Assembly (NCBI GenBank): GCA_015711795.1
Contig: JACVJC010000003.1
Span: forward strand, 44,355-108,354
From: Candidatus Geothermocultor quzhuomuensis
GTDB lineage: Bacteria; Actinomycetota; Aquicultoria; Geothermocultorales; Geothermocultoraceae
Reading direction: 5' to 3'
DNA: 64,000 bases
The translations under genes were made by a program, and so were the position numbers. The notes under the pieces are model-generated. The model was not told the DNA's origin, ran no database searches, and saw only the letters and a list, made by a program, of their open reading frames with translations. Shown here piece after piece: positions 8,645 through 20,393 of the stretch (positions are counted from its first letter, which is position 1; each line of letters opens with the position of its first letter).

Positions 8645-8731
8645 TGGTGCCCGGGGGGGGAGTCGAACCCCCACACCCTCACGGATAGCGGATTTTAAGT
8701 CCGCTGCGTCTGCCTGTTCCGCCACCCGGGC
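8645..8731 (-). tRNA. tRNA-Leu (anticodon TAA), long variable arm
   Basis: Acceptor GCCCGGG, anticodon stem GCGGA with loop CTTAAAA, long variable arm, T-arm GGGGG-TTCGACT-CCCCC, CCA. Confidence 0.85.
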
Positions 8732-8789
8732 TTGAAAAGAACCAAATGAAATAAAGCAAAGAAAAATATATCAAAGGCAAACCAAAGGT

Positions 8790-9704
8790 TCAATAAGACA
8801 GAGCTAAGCCGTCAAGAAGGTCTTTTTCGCTTACAATTATTTTTTTTGCTTTAAGCGCTCTCATCACCTCAAGAAGAATTAAGGTACCAGCAATAATAAT
8901 GTCAGCTCGAGCAGGTTCGAGACCATCGATTTTTTTCCTTTCCTCTAATGGTACCCTTAGAAATTTCCTCAAAACTTTTTCAACATCACTTTGGGAAAGG
9001 CAAGAGTGATGAACTTTCTCTGGATTATATCTTTTTAATCCCTGATGGACTGCTGAAATGGTAGTAATTGTTCCAGCTACTCCCAATAAGATATACTGGC
9101 TTTTCTTCAGAATTGAAAGAGGTTCTTTGATAACATTTTGAACATACCATCTAGCTCTTTCCATCTCTGTAAAATCAGGCGGGTCTTTTTTTAAAAACAT
9201 CTCCATCAATCGAACAGAGCCAATCTTTAAACTATAAATAAATTCTACTTTCTTAGAACTCCCGGAAATTAGCTCAGTGCTTCCCCCACCAATGTCAATA
9301 ACAAGGAACTTCTCCTTTTCTGAAGCAATTGAACCCACATCGCTAATAGCTCCGAGAAAAGCTAAGCGTCCTTCCTCTCTGCCAGAAAGAATCTCCACAT
9401 CAAGTCCAGCTTCTTCCCTTACCTTTGAAATAAAATTAAAGCTGTTTTTTGCCTCCCTAACTGCGCTTGTTGCTGCAACTCTTACTTCCTCTACCTTATG
9501 CTCGTTCAACATCTTCTGATATTTTTTTATTATTTCGAGAGTTCTCGCCATTGCACTTTCTTTTAAAACCTTACTACGGTTAACTCCTTCCCCAAGACGA
9601 GTAATAACAGTTTTTCGCAAGAGCTCTTTCACCTTATGATTGTCAAAATCAAGGATGAGCAATCTGACTGTATTAGTTCCAATGTCAATTATTCCTCGCC
9701 TCAA
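8790..9704 (-). CDS. ppx: Ppx/GppA family exopolyphosphatase / guanosine pentaphosphate phosphohydrolase
   Basis: MRRGIIDIGTNTVRLLI N-terminus and the actin-like ATPase fold motifs of Ppx/GppA. Confidence 0.8.
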   Translation of the reverse strand: MRRGIIDIGTNTVRLLILDFDNHKVKELLRKTVITRLGEGVNRSKVLKESAMARTLEIIKKYQKMLNEHKVEEVRVAATSAVREAKNSFNFISKVREEAGLDVEILSGREEGRLAFLGAISDVGSIASEKEKFLVIDIGGGSTELISGSSKKVEFIYSLKIGSVRLMEMFLKKDPPDFTEMERARWYVQNVIKEPLSILKKSQYILLGVAGTITTISAVHQGLKRYNPEKVHHSCLSQSDVEKVLRKFLRVPLEERKKIDGLEPARADIIIAGTLILLEVMRALKAKKIIVSEKDLLDGLALSY

Positions 9705-9903
9705 GTATTTTCACACCTTAAAATTAAAATACTTTCTTTAATTTTATTTATCTGCTCAAACAACAGAAAGAAGAGAAAACCTTCCAACATTGGTTGATTT
9801 ATTGTAATAACCTTAACTAGCAAGAAGGTTAGTTTAATTTAAAAAGCAATTTTTGATAAATCTTGGGGGGTAAAAATTCTTGACATTCTTTTAATAAAAG
9901 AAG

Positions 9904-10266
9904 TTATAATTTTCTCGCTTCTCTTCGACGCTTGAGGTCACTTTGTTTTTCTTCACTTGCACGGAGATACTGCTTTAACATCCTCTCAAAAGAAGAATCT
10001 TCTTTCCCTTTCTCCATTTTTAATTGGGGTTTCTCTTCTAATTGCTTTAGAGATAAATCAATCCGCCCGTCTTTTTTAATACTTACTATTTTTGCTTTTA
10101 CAGATTCACCAACATTCAAATAATCGCTAACATTCTTAACATAGGAATTAGAAATCTCCGAGATGTGAATTAAACCATTTTTTCCCCCTTCGAGCTCGAT
10201 AAATGCCCCAAAATTAGTAATCTTAACAACTTTACCTTCTACTATTTGACCTACCTCAAATGCCAC
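9904..10266 (-). CDS. S1 RNA-binding domain protein (general stress protein 13 / YugI-like)
   Basis: GQIVEGKVVKITNFGAFIEL...GLIHISEIS is an S1 domain, followed by a basic C-terminal tail. Confidence 0.7.
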   Translation of the reverse strand: MAFEVGQIVEGKVVKITNFGAFIELEGGKNGLIHISEISNSYVKNVSDYLNVGESVKAKIVSIKKDGRIDLSLKQLEEKPQLKMEKGKEDSSFERMLKQYLRASEEKQSDLKRRREARKL

Positions 10267-10366
10267 TAAGCTAAAAACTCCTTTCTCCTAATTGATGAGT
10301 GTATTTTACTGATTAAGCCGAAACTATGTCAAGGATAACAGGGGTGATTGTCTTTAAGAAGAAACC

Positions 10367-10786
10367 CTAGAATAAATTTTTAAAAAAATCGACCACCCTT
10401 TGCCAAAATGATTTTTTCTTCACCTCTTTAGGCTTTTCTTCTCCACCCCCTAAAGTTTGATTAGCTTTCTCCGGAGGGACTACAATATAAGCTTTTTCTC
10501 CTGGTTTAATTAAACCTAAGTCTTTTCTTGCTAACTCCTCAATGGTGCTTGTGGTTTTTAAGCGAGCTAGCTCCTCTTCTAAAGCTTTATTTTCTCTTTT
10601 TAACTTGAGTAGCTTCTGTTTCATTTCATTAAGCACTTTCTTCTGCTCTAAGCTTTCTCGATAAGTTGGATAAATAAGAAATAACACTAAGAGAATAGCT
10701 AAAAAAGAAAGGAAGTTAGTAAAATTAAAAAAAGAAAAAAACTTAAACCACTTGGATTTCTCTGGCTTTCTTTTCATTACCTTCAA
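10367..10786 (-). CDS. septum formation initiator family protein (FtsB/DivIC-like)
   Basis: Single TM helix followed by a leucine-zipper coiled coil (LLKLKRENKALEEELARLK). Confidence 0.5.
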   Translation of the reverse strand: MKVMKRKPEKSKWFKFFSFFNFTNFLSFLAILLVLFLIYPTYRESLEQKKVLNEMKQKLLKLKRENKALEEELARLKTTSTIEELARKDLGLIKPGEKAYIVVPPEKANQTLGGGEEKPKEVKKKSFWQRVVDFFKNLF

Positions 10787-10827
10787 AAAGATTATAACAA
10801 ATTAAGAGGGATTGAAAAATAAAAGAA

Positions 10828-12952
<2,125 letters not shown>

Positions 12953-13283
12953 TATTCATCCTCATCTCAATAAGCTGCTTTATTCCACTTTTCTACCAGT
13001 GGAAATTATAACATAAAAAGCTGAAGACTATCGCTTGAAGATAGAATAAATAAAATAAAAGAGAATAGCTAAAAATCAAGTTGCTACAATTAAGTGGCAA
13101 ATGAAAGACAAAAGCTTTAATTAATCAAATAACAAGTTCTTCAAGCAAAACTACCTGACCATCAATATTCCAATATTCTTAAGAATTTGAGAATAAAATT
13201 TGAGCAAGATTAGAAGCTATTCTTAAAAAACTTAGCGGTTTAACTATTTTTAACACCTTCACAGCTTTAAAAAGTGCTAAAAA

Positions 13284-14228
13284 TTAAATGTAAATCTTAA
13301 TTTTGGATTTTTTCCGTTGGTTTTTAAGCCAGTCTTCTAAATATTTCTCCTGGTTCTCTTTTTTAATAGCGTTAACAATTTCTTTTTTTGCTTGTTCAAA
13401 AGATTTTTTCTTAACTTTTTTATCTACTAACTTAATAATGTACCAACCAGCACTAGTTTGAATTGGCTCACTCACTTCGCCTTCCTTAAGCAAAAAAACC
13501 TTATCAGCTAGCTCAGCAGGTAACTCCTCTTTCTTCTTCCAGCCCCAATCTCCACCTCTGTATTTTGTCTCTGAATCAATAGAATATCGGCGAGCTTGGG
13601 AAGAGAAACTTTTCCCTTCCTCTAAATTAGAGTAAACCTTTTTAGCTCCCTCTTCTTCTTTAACCAAAATTTCTTTCAATTTAGCTTCCTGAGAAATAAT
13701 GAATTTATCTTGGTTTTTTCCATAATAATCTCTTGCTTCTCGATCACTTACTTTCACAGAAGAGATAATCTTTTCTACTGCTCTCTCGATTGTAAGATTC
13801 CTTTTGATGTTCTCCTTCAAACTCTTTTCTGTCATTCCCTTACTCTTCAAAGTTTGCTTAAAAGCTTTCTCTCCACTAAACATCTTTCTTATCTTGTTAA
13901 GCTTCTCTTCAACTTCCTTTTCCCCTACCTTGACACCTAACTTAAGAGATTCTCCAATGATAAGTTCATCATTTATCATCGCGGTTAAAATTTTCTCTCG
14001 AAAATCTTTTTCAAGTTCTTTGCCTCTTTCCCCAGCTAAAAGACCCCCGTGACTCGCTTTTAAATCATTAATAATCTTATCGATCTCTTCTTGGTAAATT
14101 TTCTTTCCATTAACTTCAGCAACAACTCTTCTCCCCTCGCAGCTTGGAAGAACAATCACCCCTAAAAAAATAAAAAGACATGTTAAAATAAAAAAATATT
14201 TTTTCATCTCGCTTCTCCTTTCCATCAA
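13284..14228 (-). CDS. peptidyl-prolyl cis-trans isomerase, SurA/PrsA family (parvulin domain)
   Basis: Signal peptide, a SurA-N-like helical region and a C-terminal parvulin motif (VSEPIQTSAGWYIIKL). Confidence 0.65.
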   Translation of the reverse strand: MMERRSEMKKYFFILTCLFIFLGVIVLPSCEGRRVVAEVNGKKIYQEEIDKIINDLKASHGGLLAGERGKELEKDFREKILTAMINDELIIGESLKLGVKVGEKEVEEKLNKIRKMFSGEKAFKQTLKSKGMTEKSLKENIKRNLTIERAVEKIISSVKVSDREARDYYGKNQDKFIISQEAKLKEILVKEEEGAKKVYSNLEEGKSFSSQARRYSIDSETKYRGGDWGWKKKEELPAELADKVFLLKEGEVSEPIQTSAGWYIIKLVDKKVKKKSFEQAKKEIVNAIKKENQEKYLEDWLKNQRKKSKIKIYI

Positions 14229-17200
14229 TTTTGAAGTAAGCGTATTATATCACTTAAGAAAAGAGGCAAAAAAGATAAAATTTCTTTTTTATTAATACTA
14301 ATTGACCCTACTCCATAAACTAATTTAAACATAGGATATTTCTTCTTGAGTTCCTGGTAGACTTGGGGGATGCTCTTTCCCTTTAAGAGGAGTTGACCTT
14401 TACGGTAAGAAATCTCACTTAATTGAGCCTCTCGGGCTTGGGATTTTATTTCACATATTTTAATTAAATTTTCAGTTTCACAAGGGATTTCCCCAAACCT
14501 ATCCTCAAGTTCTTCTCTTAATTTTCTTGTATCTTTTAAATTTCTTAAAGAAGCCATCTTTTTGTAAATTTCAAGCCTCAAACTACCCTCAATGTAATCT
14601 TCAGAAATAAATGCACTTACCGGTAAATCAATCTTCACCTCTACCTCTTCTTTAACTAGCTTTCCCTTAATCTCCTCAACTGCTTTCTTAAGAAGGTCCA
14701 TGTAAAGCTCAAAGCCAAGTAAAGAGATATGGCCATGCTGTTCAGGACCGAGCAAGTTACCAGCTCCCCTAATCTCTAAATCTTTTAAAGCAATTTTGGC
14801 GCCCGAACCTAATTGGGTAAAATCAGATAAGGTTTTTAACCTTTCTAACGCTGCTTCTGTTAAGACGCTTTCAGGTTGGTAAAAAAAGTAAGCATAAGCT
14901 CTCTTGTCTGAGCGACCAACTCGCCCTCTCAGCTGATAACCCTGAGCTAACCCTAGTTTATCAGCTTCATCTACGATTAAAGTATTAACAGTTGGAATAT
15001 CAATGCCTGATTCAATAATGGTAGTGCAAACTAAAACATTATATTTCATTTTTAAAAAGTCAACCATCACTTTCTCTAGCTCTTCCTCATCCATTTGACC
15101 ATGAGCTACCGCTAATTTAACTTGAGGAACTAACTTCCTTACCTGCTCAGCTACCTGATAAACATCCTCAACTCGATTGTGAACAAAATAAACTTGACCT
15201 CCTCTTTCAATCTCCCTCAAAATTGCTCTTTTGACTAAACTCTTGTCGTATTCACCGACATAAGTTGAGATGGGGAACCTGTCTTCAGGAGGGGTTTCAA
15301 TAACACTCAAATCCCTAATTCCGCTTAAAGACATTTGCAAAGTTCGAGGAATAGGAGTTGCGGAAAGAGATAAAACATCGACTGTTTTTTTTATTGCTTT
15401 TAAGCGCTCCTTTTGGGAAACACCAAAGCGATGCTCCTCATCGATGATGAGAAGACCTAAATCTTTTGGTTTAAGGTCAGGTGAGAGAAGGCGATGAGTC
15501 CCAATTAAAATATCAATTTTGCCTTGGCTAAAATCTTCAATGATTTTCGCTTGCTCCTTTTGAGTCCGAAACCTAGAGAGAAATTCTATGAAGATCGGGA
15601 ATGGGGCTAACCTTTCTTTAAAGGTATTAAAGTGTTGCTGAACTAAAATAGTGGTGGGAGCTAAAAGTATAACTTGCTTTCCATCCATAACACACTTAAA
15701 AGCCGCCCTAATAGCTACCTCAGTTTTTCCATACCCAACATCACCTAATATTAGCCTTTCCATCGGCTTGGGCTTCTCCATATCTTTTTTAACCTCTTCA
15801 ATTGTCTTCAATTGGTCAATAGTCTCTTGATAAGGGAAGGATTCCTCAAGTTCAGCTTGCCAAGGAGTATCAGGAGAAAAGGCATGCCCTTGAAGACATT
15901 CCCTTTCTGCATAAAGCTTAATGAGGTCAATGGCGAGTTTTTTAATTCCCTTCTTTGCCCGAGCTTTGACTCTTGCCCATTCACTTGAGCTAAGACGATT
16001 TACTTTAGGTAGCTTGTTGTCCCCCCCAATATATTTAGAGACTCGGTCTAACTGGTAAGTAGGAACCTTTAAAAGTCCATCTAAGTATTCAAGAACAAGA
16101 TACTCTTTAGTAGCTCCATCAACCACTATTTTTTCTATTCCCTTGTAAATGGCTACTCCATGTCGTGAATGAACTACATAATCACCTGGTTCTAAATCAG
16201 GTGGAGAAAGAGCTGAAATCGATTGAGTAGAAATTCTTTCGCGTCGAGTTAAAGAAGGGAAAATTTCTTCCTGAGGAATCAAAGCTAAATTAATTTCAGG
16301 ACAAATAAATCCTTGCTTAATTTCACCCTCAAGTAAAATTAATCTGCCTAACAAGTCTTTTCCTCTCCCCTCTTCTAAAGAAAAAATAGGATTTAAACCC
16401 CAATCCCAGAGTATTTCTTTCATTCTTTGAAAGAAACCCTTTTCAAAAACGAGGAGCGTAAGGAATTTTTTTTCTTCTAACTCCCTAAGTAATCTCTCGA
16501 GTCTTTCAATTTTTCCCATCAAAGGGGGAAGATTATCCGACCTTATTTCAACAAGATCCTTCTTGCCCTTTTCATGAAAAGAAAGAAAATTCAGCCTTAA
16601 GAAAGGGGAAAAAGAAAGATCTTTTAAGGAAAATAAATAAGGTTGAGGAGGAAAGGGAATTTTTTTCTCAAAAGTTAAGTAATCTAAGGTTTCTTGATAA
16701 AGGTTAACTATCTTTTCCTCTTCCTTTTCAATTTTTTTAGGTTCATTTAAGACGAAAATGCTTTTTGGAGAGAGGTAATCAAGAAAACAATCAAGCTTAG
16801 GGTAAAGAAAGGGAAGATAAATTTCAGAACCTTCAAAGTACTGAAGTTCTTTTAATTTAGCTAAATCCTCTTGGGGAAAGAGGGAAGAGTCCAAATTCTT
16901 CTCAAGCCTCATCACATCTTCTTTTCTCAAAACGATTTCCCGACAAGGAAAAAGATAAAACTCATTAAGAGTAGAAAATGAGCGTTGATTTGCAACCATA
17001 AATTGGCGAATCGACTCAATCTCATCTCCAAAAAATTCAATCCTTAAAGGGTGAGATTGGTTTGGTGGAAAAATATCGATAATTCCTCCTCTTAAACTAA
17101 AATCTCCCCGCTCTTCCACCATCTTTCTTCTTTCATAACCAAAATTTTTTAAGCAATTGATTAAATTAGAGTGGTCAAATATTTTCCCAACTTGAAAATG

Positions 17201-17653
17201 AACAAAGCGAGGTGAATAATAAGATAAAGGAGTAAAGCCTGGCAAAAAACCTTTAAGTGAAGAAACAACAGTCATTTTTTTTCCATCTTCAAGAAAGTTT
17301 AAAATCTCTAACCGTTCTGAGACAACCTTTTTACTAGGAGCCATCCTTTCTAGTAACAACTCTTCCCGCTCCGGTAAAAACTTAACATTTTCCAAGAAAA
17401 AAGAGAGGTCTTGATAGTAAATCTTCTGCTCCTGAAGAGTGTCAGTTAAAATAAAAAAAGTCCTTTTAAAATAGTTCTCTAAATATGCAATTAAAAAGGG
17501 CCTTAAAGAAGAGGCAGCTAAAATAAAAACTTCTCCTTGATTTAGCCTTTTCTTAATCAATTTAAATTGGTTGCTTTCTTCAATTATTGGTTTTAAAAAC
17601 TTAAATTTTTTATTAATCATTTCCAACACCAAATGGGTCTGGTTAAAATTCAC
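14225..17653 (-). CDS. mfd: transcription-repair coupling factor Mfd
   Basis: 1142 aa. UvrB-like N-terminus, CarD/RNAP-interacting domain, DEAD/DEAH helicase motifs (GDVGYGKTEVA, DEEHRFG) and a TRCF C-terminal domain. Confidence 0.9.
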   Translation of the reverse strand: MNFNQTHLVLEMINKKFKFLKPIIEESNQFKLIKKRLNQGEVFILAASSLRPFLIAYLENYFKRTFFILTDTLQEQKIYYQDLSFFLENVKFLPEREELLLERMAPSKKVVSERLEILNFLEDGKKMTVVSSLKGFLPGFTPLSYYSPRFVHFQVGKIFDHSNLINCLKNFGYERRKMVEERGDFSLRGGIIDIFPPNQSHPLRIEFFGDEIESIRQFMVANQRSFSTLNEFYLFPCREIVLRKEDVMRLEKNLDSSLFPQEDLAKLKELQYFEGSEIYLPFLYPKLDCFLDYLSPKSIFVLNEPKKIEKEEEKIVNLYQETLDYLTFEKKIPFPPQPYLFSLKDLSFSPFLRLNFLSFHEKGKKDLVEIRSDNLPPLMGKIERLERLLRELEEKKFLTLLVFEKGFFQRMKEILWDWGLNPIFSLEEGRGKDLLGRLILLEGEIKQGFICPEINLALIPQEEIFPSLTRRERISTQSISALSPPDLEPGDYVVHSRHGVAIYKGIEKIVVDGATKEYLVLEYLDGLLKVPTYQLDRVSKYIGGDNKLPKVNRLSSSEWARVKARAKKGIKKLAIDLIKLYAERECLQGHAFSPDTPWQAELEESFPYQETIDQLKTIEEVKKDMEKPKPMERLILGDVGYGKTEVAIRAAFKCVMDGKQVILLAPTTILVQQHFNTFKERLAPFPIFIEFLSRFRTQKEQAKIIEDFSQGKIDILIGTHRLLSPDLKPKDLGLLIIDEEHRFGVSQKERLKAIKKTVDVLSLSATPIPRTLQMSLSGIRDLSVIETPPEDRFPISTYVGEYDKSLVKRAILREIERGGQVYFVHNRVEDVYQVAEQVRKLVPQVKLAVAHGQMDEEELEKVMVDFLKMKYNVLVCTTIIESGIDIPTVNTLIVDEADKLGLAQGYQLRGRVGRSDKRAYAYFFYQPESVLTEAALERLKTLSDFTQLGSGAKIALKDLEIRGAGNLLGPEQHGHISLLGFELYMDLLKKAVEEIKGKLVKEEVEVKIDLPVSAFISEDYIEGSLRLEIYKKMASLRNLKDTRKLREELEDRFGEIPCETENLIKICEIKSQAREAQLSEISYRKGQLLLKGKSIPQVYQELKKKYPMFKLVYGVGSISINKKEILSFLPLFLSDIIRLLQN

Positions 17654-17919
17654 CAGACCCCCAAAAGTTCACAAATCTAAAATTCCAAATTTTACATTCT
17701 AACCCATAAAACCAGACTGAAGCTAAAATTTCTTTTAAGAATATTTAATTTTTAGATGATTTTTTAGTCTTAAGCCTATTTTTAATGTACTTTATTCTTT
17801 TTCCCTTTGCTACTATATGTTGGTTCCTCATCTTTTTCCTTAGTCATTTACCCCGTCTTTGACGAGATGGTTCTTGATATTGCCTACCTTGTAAGAAATC
17901 TTTAATTTCCTTTCGGGGT

Positions 17920-18495
17920 TTAGAGCTTAGGATTTGAGCTAAAAGATTGGCTTATAGCTTTTTCAAAGCCATCTCCTACAATCAGCTTTATCACCTCAAC
18001 CGCTTGATTAAGAATAAATTCAATTTTAGCCCATTCACGACGAGTAAATGGTGAAAGAACAAAATTAGCTGGGCTTTGTTTGCCCCGAGGGCGACCAATA
18101 CCTATCCGAAGACGACAAAAATTTTCCGTGCCTAACTTCTCAATTATCGAATTTAGCCCATTATGACCACCACTTCCTCCCTTTTTTCTTAGCCTAATTT
18201 TCCCTAACGGTAAATCCAAATCGTCACAAATGACTAAAAGATTCTCCTCAGAAAGTTGAAAATGTTTAAGAATATTTCTTACTGCCCTCCCACTAGCATT
18301 AACATAAGTAAGAGGCTTAACTAAAACTATACCTTGCCCATTGAACTCTCCCGCCCCCCAAAGAGACTCAAAAGAATTAATTGAAAGAGGAATATTCAAC
18401 TCTTCTTCCAATCTATCAATTATCATATACCCCAAGTTATGACGGGTATTTTCATATCTTTTTTCGGGGTTTCCCAAACCAACGATAACTAACAT
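17920..18495 (-). CDS. pth: peptidyl-tRNA hydrolase
   Basis: MLVIVGLGNPEKRYENTRHNLGYM is a canonical Pth N-terminus. Confidence 0.9.
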   Translation of the reverse strand: MLVIVGLGNPEKRYENTRHNLGYMIIDRLEEELNIPLSINSFESLWGAGEFNGQGIVLVKPLTYVNASGRAVRNILKHFQLSEENLLVICDDLDLPLGKIRLRKKGGSGGHNGLNSIIEKLGTENFCRLRIGIGRPRGKQSPANFVLSPFTRREWAKIEFILNQAVEVIKLIVGDGFEKAISQSFSSNPKL

Positions 18496-18666
18496 TTTGC
18501 CTCAAAATCTCAATAAAAGGATAAAAGTTAAGAGATTAAAATAATTTTAGCAAATTTCCAAAGCCTGGTAAGGTAAACTATTAGTTTACAAATGTTGAAT
18601 TGGTGACCAGGAACTTAAAAGTTTGTCTCTGCCCAAACCCACAACTTTAATAGTTAGCTAAATTTT

Positions 18667-19338
18667 TTATTCTTTCGTCTCTTCTTCAGTTGGTTTTTCT
18701 TCTGTCTTAGCTTCAGTAGCAGCTACTTCCTCTTCTGGAGCTATTTCTTCCACCTCTTCGACTTTTTCCTCATAAACAGTGGGCGGAACAATTGTGAGAA
18801 CAATCTCGCTGGGGTCTGAAAGAGGGATAACTCCTTCAGGGAAGGGTAAATCTTCAACTCGCACCGCGTCACCAATCTCAAGGGAACTAATATCAACTTC
18901 TAGATGTTCAGGGAGATCTTTAGGTAAAGCTTCAACCTCAACTTCCCAAATGCCATGCTGGAGAACACCCCCGACCTCAATTCCTTTGCATTCCTCTTCA
19001 TTCTTAATTACAATTGGAACAAAAGCCGAGATTTTTTTATCCATTTGAATCTTTTGAAAATCAATATGAAGATAACCATCCCTAAGAGGATTTCTTTTTG
19101 CCTCCTTTATTATGGCAGTATGTGTTTCTCCATCATTCAAATTCAACTTAACAATGAAACTCGTTCCTTCGTGAGAATGAACAAGAGAATAAAAATCTTT
19201 TGCCTTAACCGATAATGGTAATGGCTTTATCTTATGACCATAAAGAATTGCTGGAATTTTCCCTTCACGCCTGAGTTTGCGAGCTATTCCCTTGCCCACT
19301 TTTTCTCTTTTGTCAGCCGTTAATTCCGATATTTTCAC
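18667..19338 (-). CDS. rplY: 50S ribosomal protein L25 / general stress protein Ctc, with acidic C-terminal extension
   Basis: REKVGKGIARKLRREGKIPAILYG is the L25/Ctc signature. Conserved position between prs and pth. Confidence 0.85.
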   Translation of the reverse strand: MKISELTADKREKVGKGIARKLRREGKIPAILYGHKIKPLPLSVKAKDFYSLVHSHEGTSFIVKLNLNDGETHTAIIKEAKRNPLRDGYLHIDFQKIQMDKKISAFVPIVIKNEEECKGIEVGGVLQHGIWEVEVEALPKDLPEHLEVDISSLEIGDAVRVEDLPFPEGVIPLSDPSEIVLTIVPPTVYEEKVEEVEEIAPEEEVAATEAKTEEKPTEEETKE

Positions 19339-19429
19339 CTTTCTTTAACCTCCACTATTCAGAATTGTTATATTAACAACTAAAAAAATTATTTTCAACC
19401 CTCCCAATCTCAAGAGAACCTTAAAAAAA

Positions 19430-20368
19430 TTAAGCATGCTCTAGCCCTTTAAAAAGCCGACTTACTGATTCGTCTTTATGAATGTAAAAAATGGCTCGAC
19501 CAAAAAGAGAAGCCACTGAAAGAACTTTTATCTTTTCGCTTTCCTTCCCTTCATCAATAGGAATGGTATTGGTAACAACCACTTCTTTAATAAGAGAATT
19601 TTGAAGTCTTTTAAGTGCAGGGGGAGAAAAAATGGGATGAGTAGCGCAAACATAAACCTCCTTAGCCCCTTCCCTTAATAAAGCCTCAGCACCATTAACT
19701 ACTGTCCCACCAGTATCAATCATATCATCAATGATTAAAGTTATTTTCCCCCTAACTTCACCCACAACATGGGTTACTTCAGCAACATTATGTTTAGGGC
19801 GACTTTTATGCAAAATAGCCAAACCTGCTTCTAAAAAGTCAGCACATTTTTTAGCTATTTTGACCCGACCAACATCAGGTGAAACAACGACTAATTCTTT
19901 AAATTTTTTCCCTTTTATGTAATTAACTAATAAAGGAACAGCGGTCAAATGGTCAACTGGAATATTAAAAAATCCTTGAATCTGGCCGGCATGAAGATCC
20001 ATTGTAATTAAGCGATTAATACCAGCTGTAGCTAACAAATCAGCAATTAATTTAGCACTAATTGGTTCCCTTGACTTTGCTTTTTTATCTTGGCGAGAAT
20101 AACCAAAGTAAGGAATAACTGCTGTGATGCGCTCAGCTGAAGCCCTCTTAAGCGCATCAACCATAATTAACAACTCCATAATATTTTGATTGACAGGATT
20201 ACTGATAGTTTGAATAACAAAAACATCAGCACCTCGAACACTTTCTAAAAAGCGAACATAAATTTCACCATTATCAAAATAAGATATGCTTACCTTTCCC
20301 AGTTTTACCTTCAAATAAGAGGCAATTTCCTTGCCTAGCTTTGGATGGGAATTACCAGAAAAAATCAT
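19430..20368 (-). CDS. prs: ribose-phosphate pyrophosphokinase (PRPP synthetase)
   Basis: MIFSGNSHPKLGKEIA...PRPP-binding motifs. Start moved to the internal Met because the track ORF start overlaps the glmU 3' end. Confidence 0.9.
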   Translation of the reverse strand: MIFSGNSHPKLGKEIASYLKVKLGKVSISYFDNGEIYVRFLESVRGADVFVIQTISNPVNQNIMELLIMVDALKRASAERITAVIPYFGYSRQDKKAKSREPISAKLIADLLATAGINRLITMDLHAGQIQGFFNIPVDHLTAVPLLVNYIKGKKFKELVVVSPDVGRVKIAKKCADFLEAGLAILHKSRPKHNVAEVTHVVGEVRGKITLIIDDMIDTGGTVVNGAEALLREGAKEVYVCATHPIFSPPALKRLQNSLIKEVVVTNTIPIDEGKESEKIKVLSVASLFGRAIFYIHKDESVSRLFKGLEHA

Positions 20369-20393
20369 AATCTTTCCCCGCCAAACAGGAGAA

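Noticed and set aside
9883-9912. Plus-strand TTGACA-N18-TTATAAT promoter-like match at the 3' end of the S1-domain gene
   Set aside because: It would drive transcription antisense into a minus-strand gene. In DNA this AT-rich, such hexamer pairs occur by chance, and there is no downstream plus-strand ORF.
15270-15497. Antisense ORFs inside mfd, glmU, enolase, lon, IscS and similar genes (15270..15497, 20416..20697, 11891..12133, 47966..48163, 40198..40389 and others)
   Set aside because: They are fully embedded in long, confidently identified genes on the opposite strand. They are Ser/Pro/Arg-rich as expected for reverse-frame translation, with no independent support.
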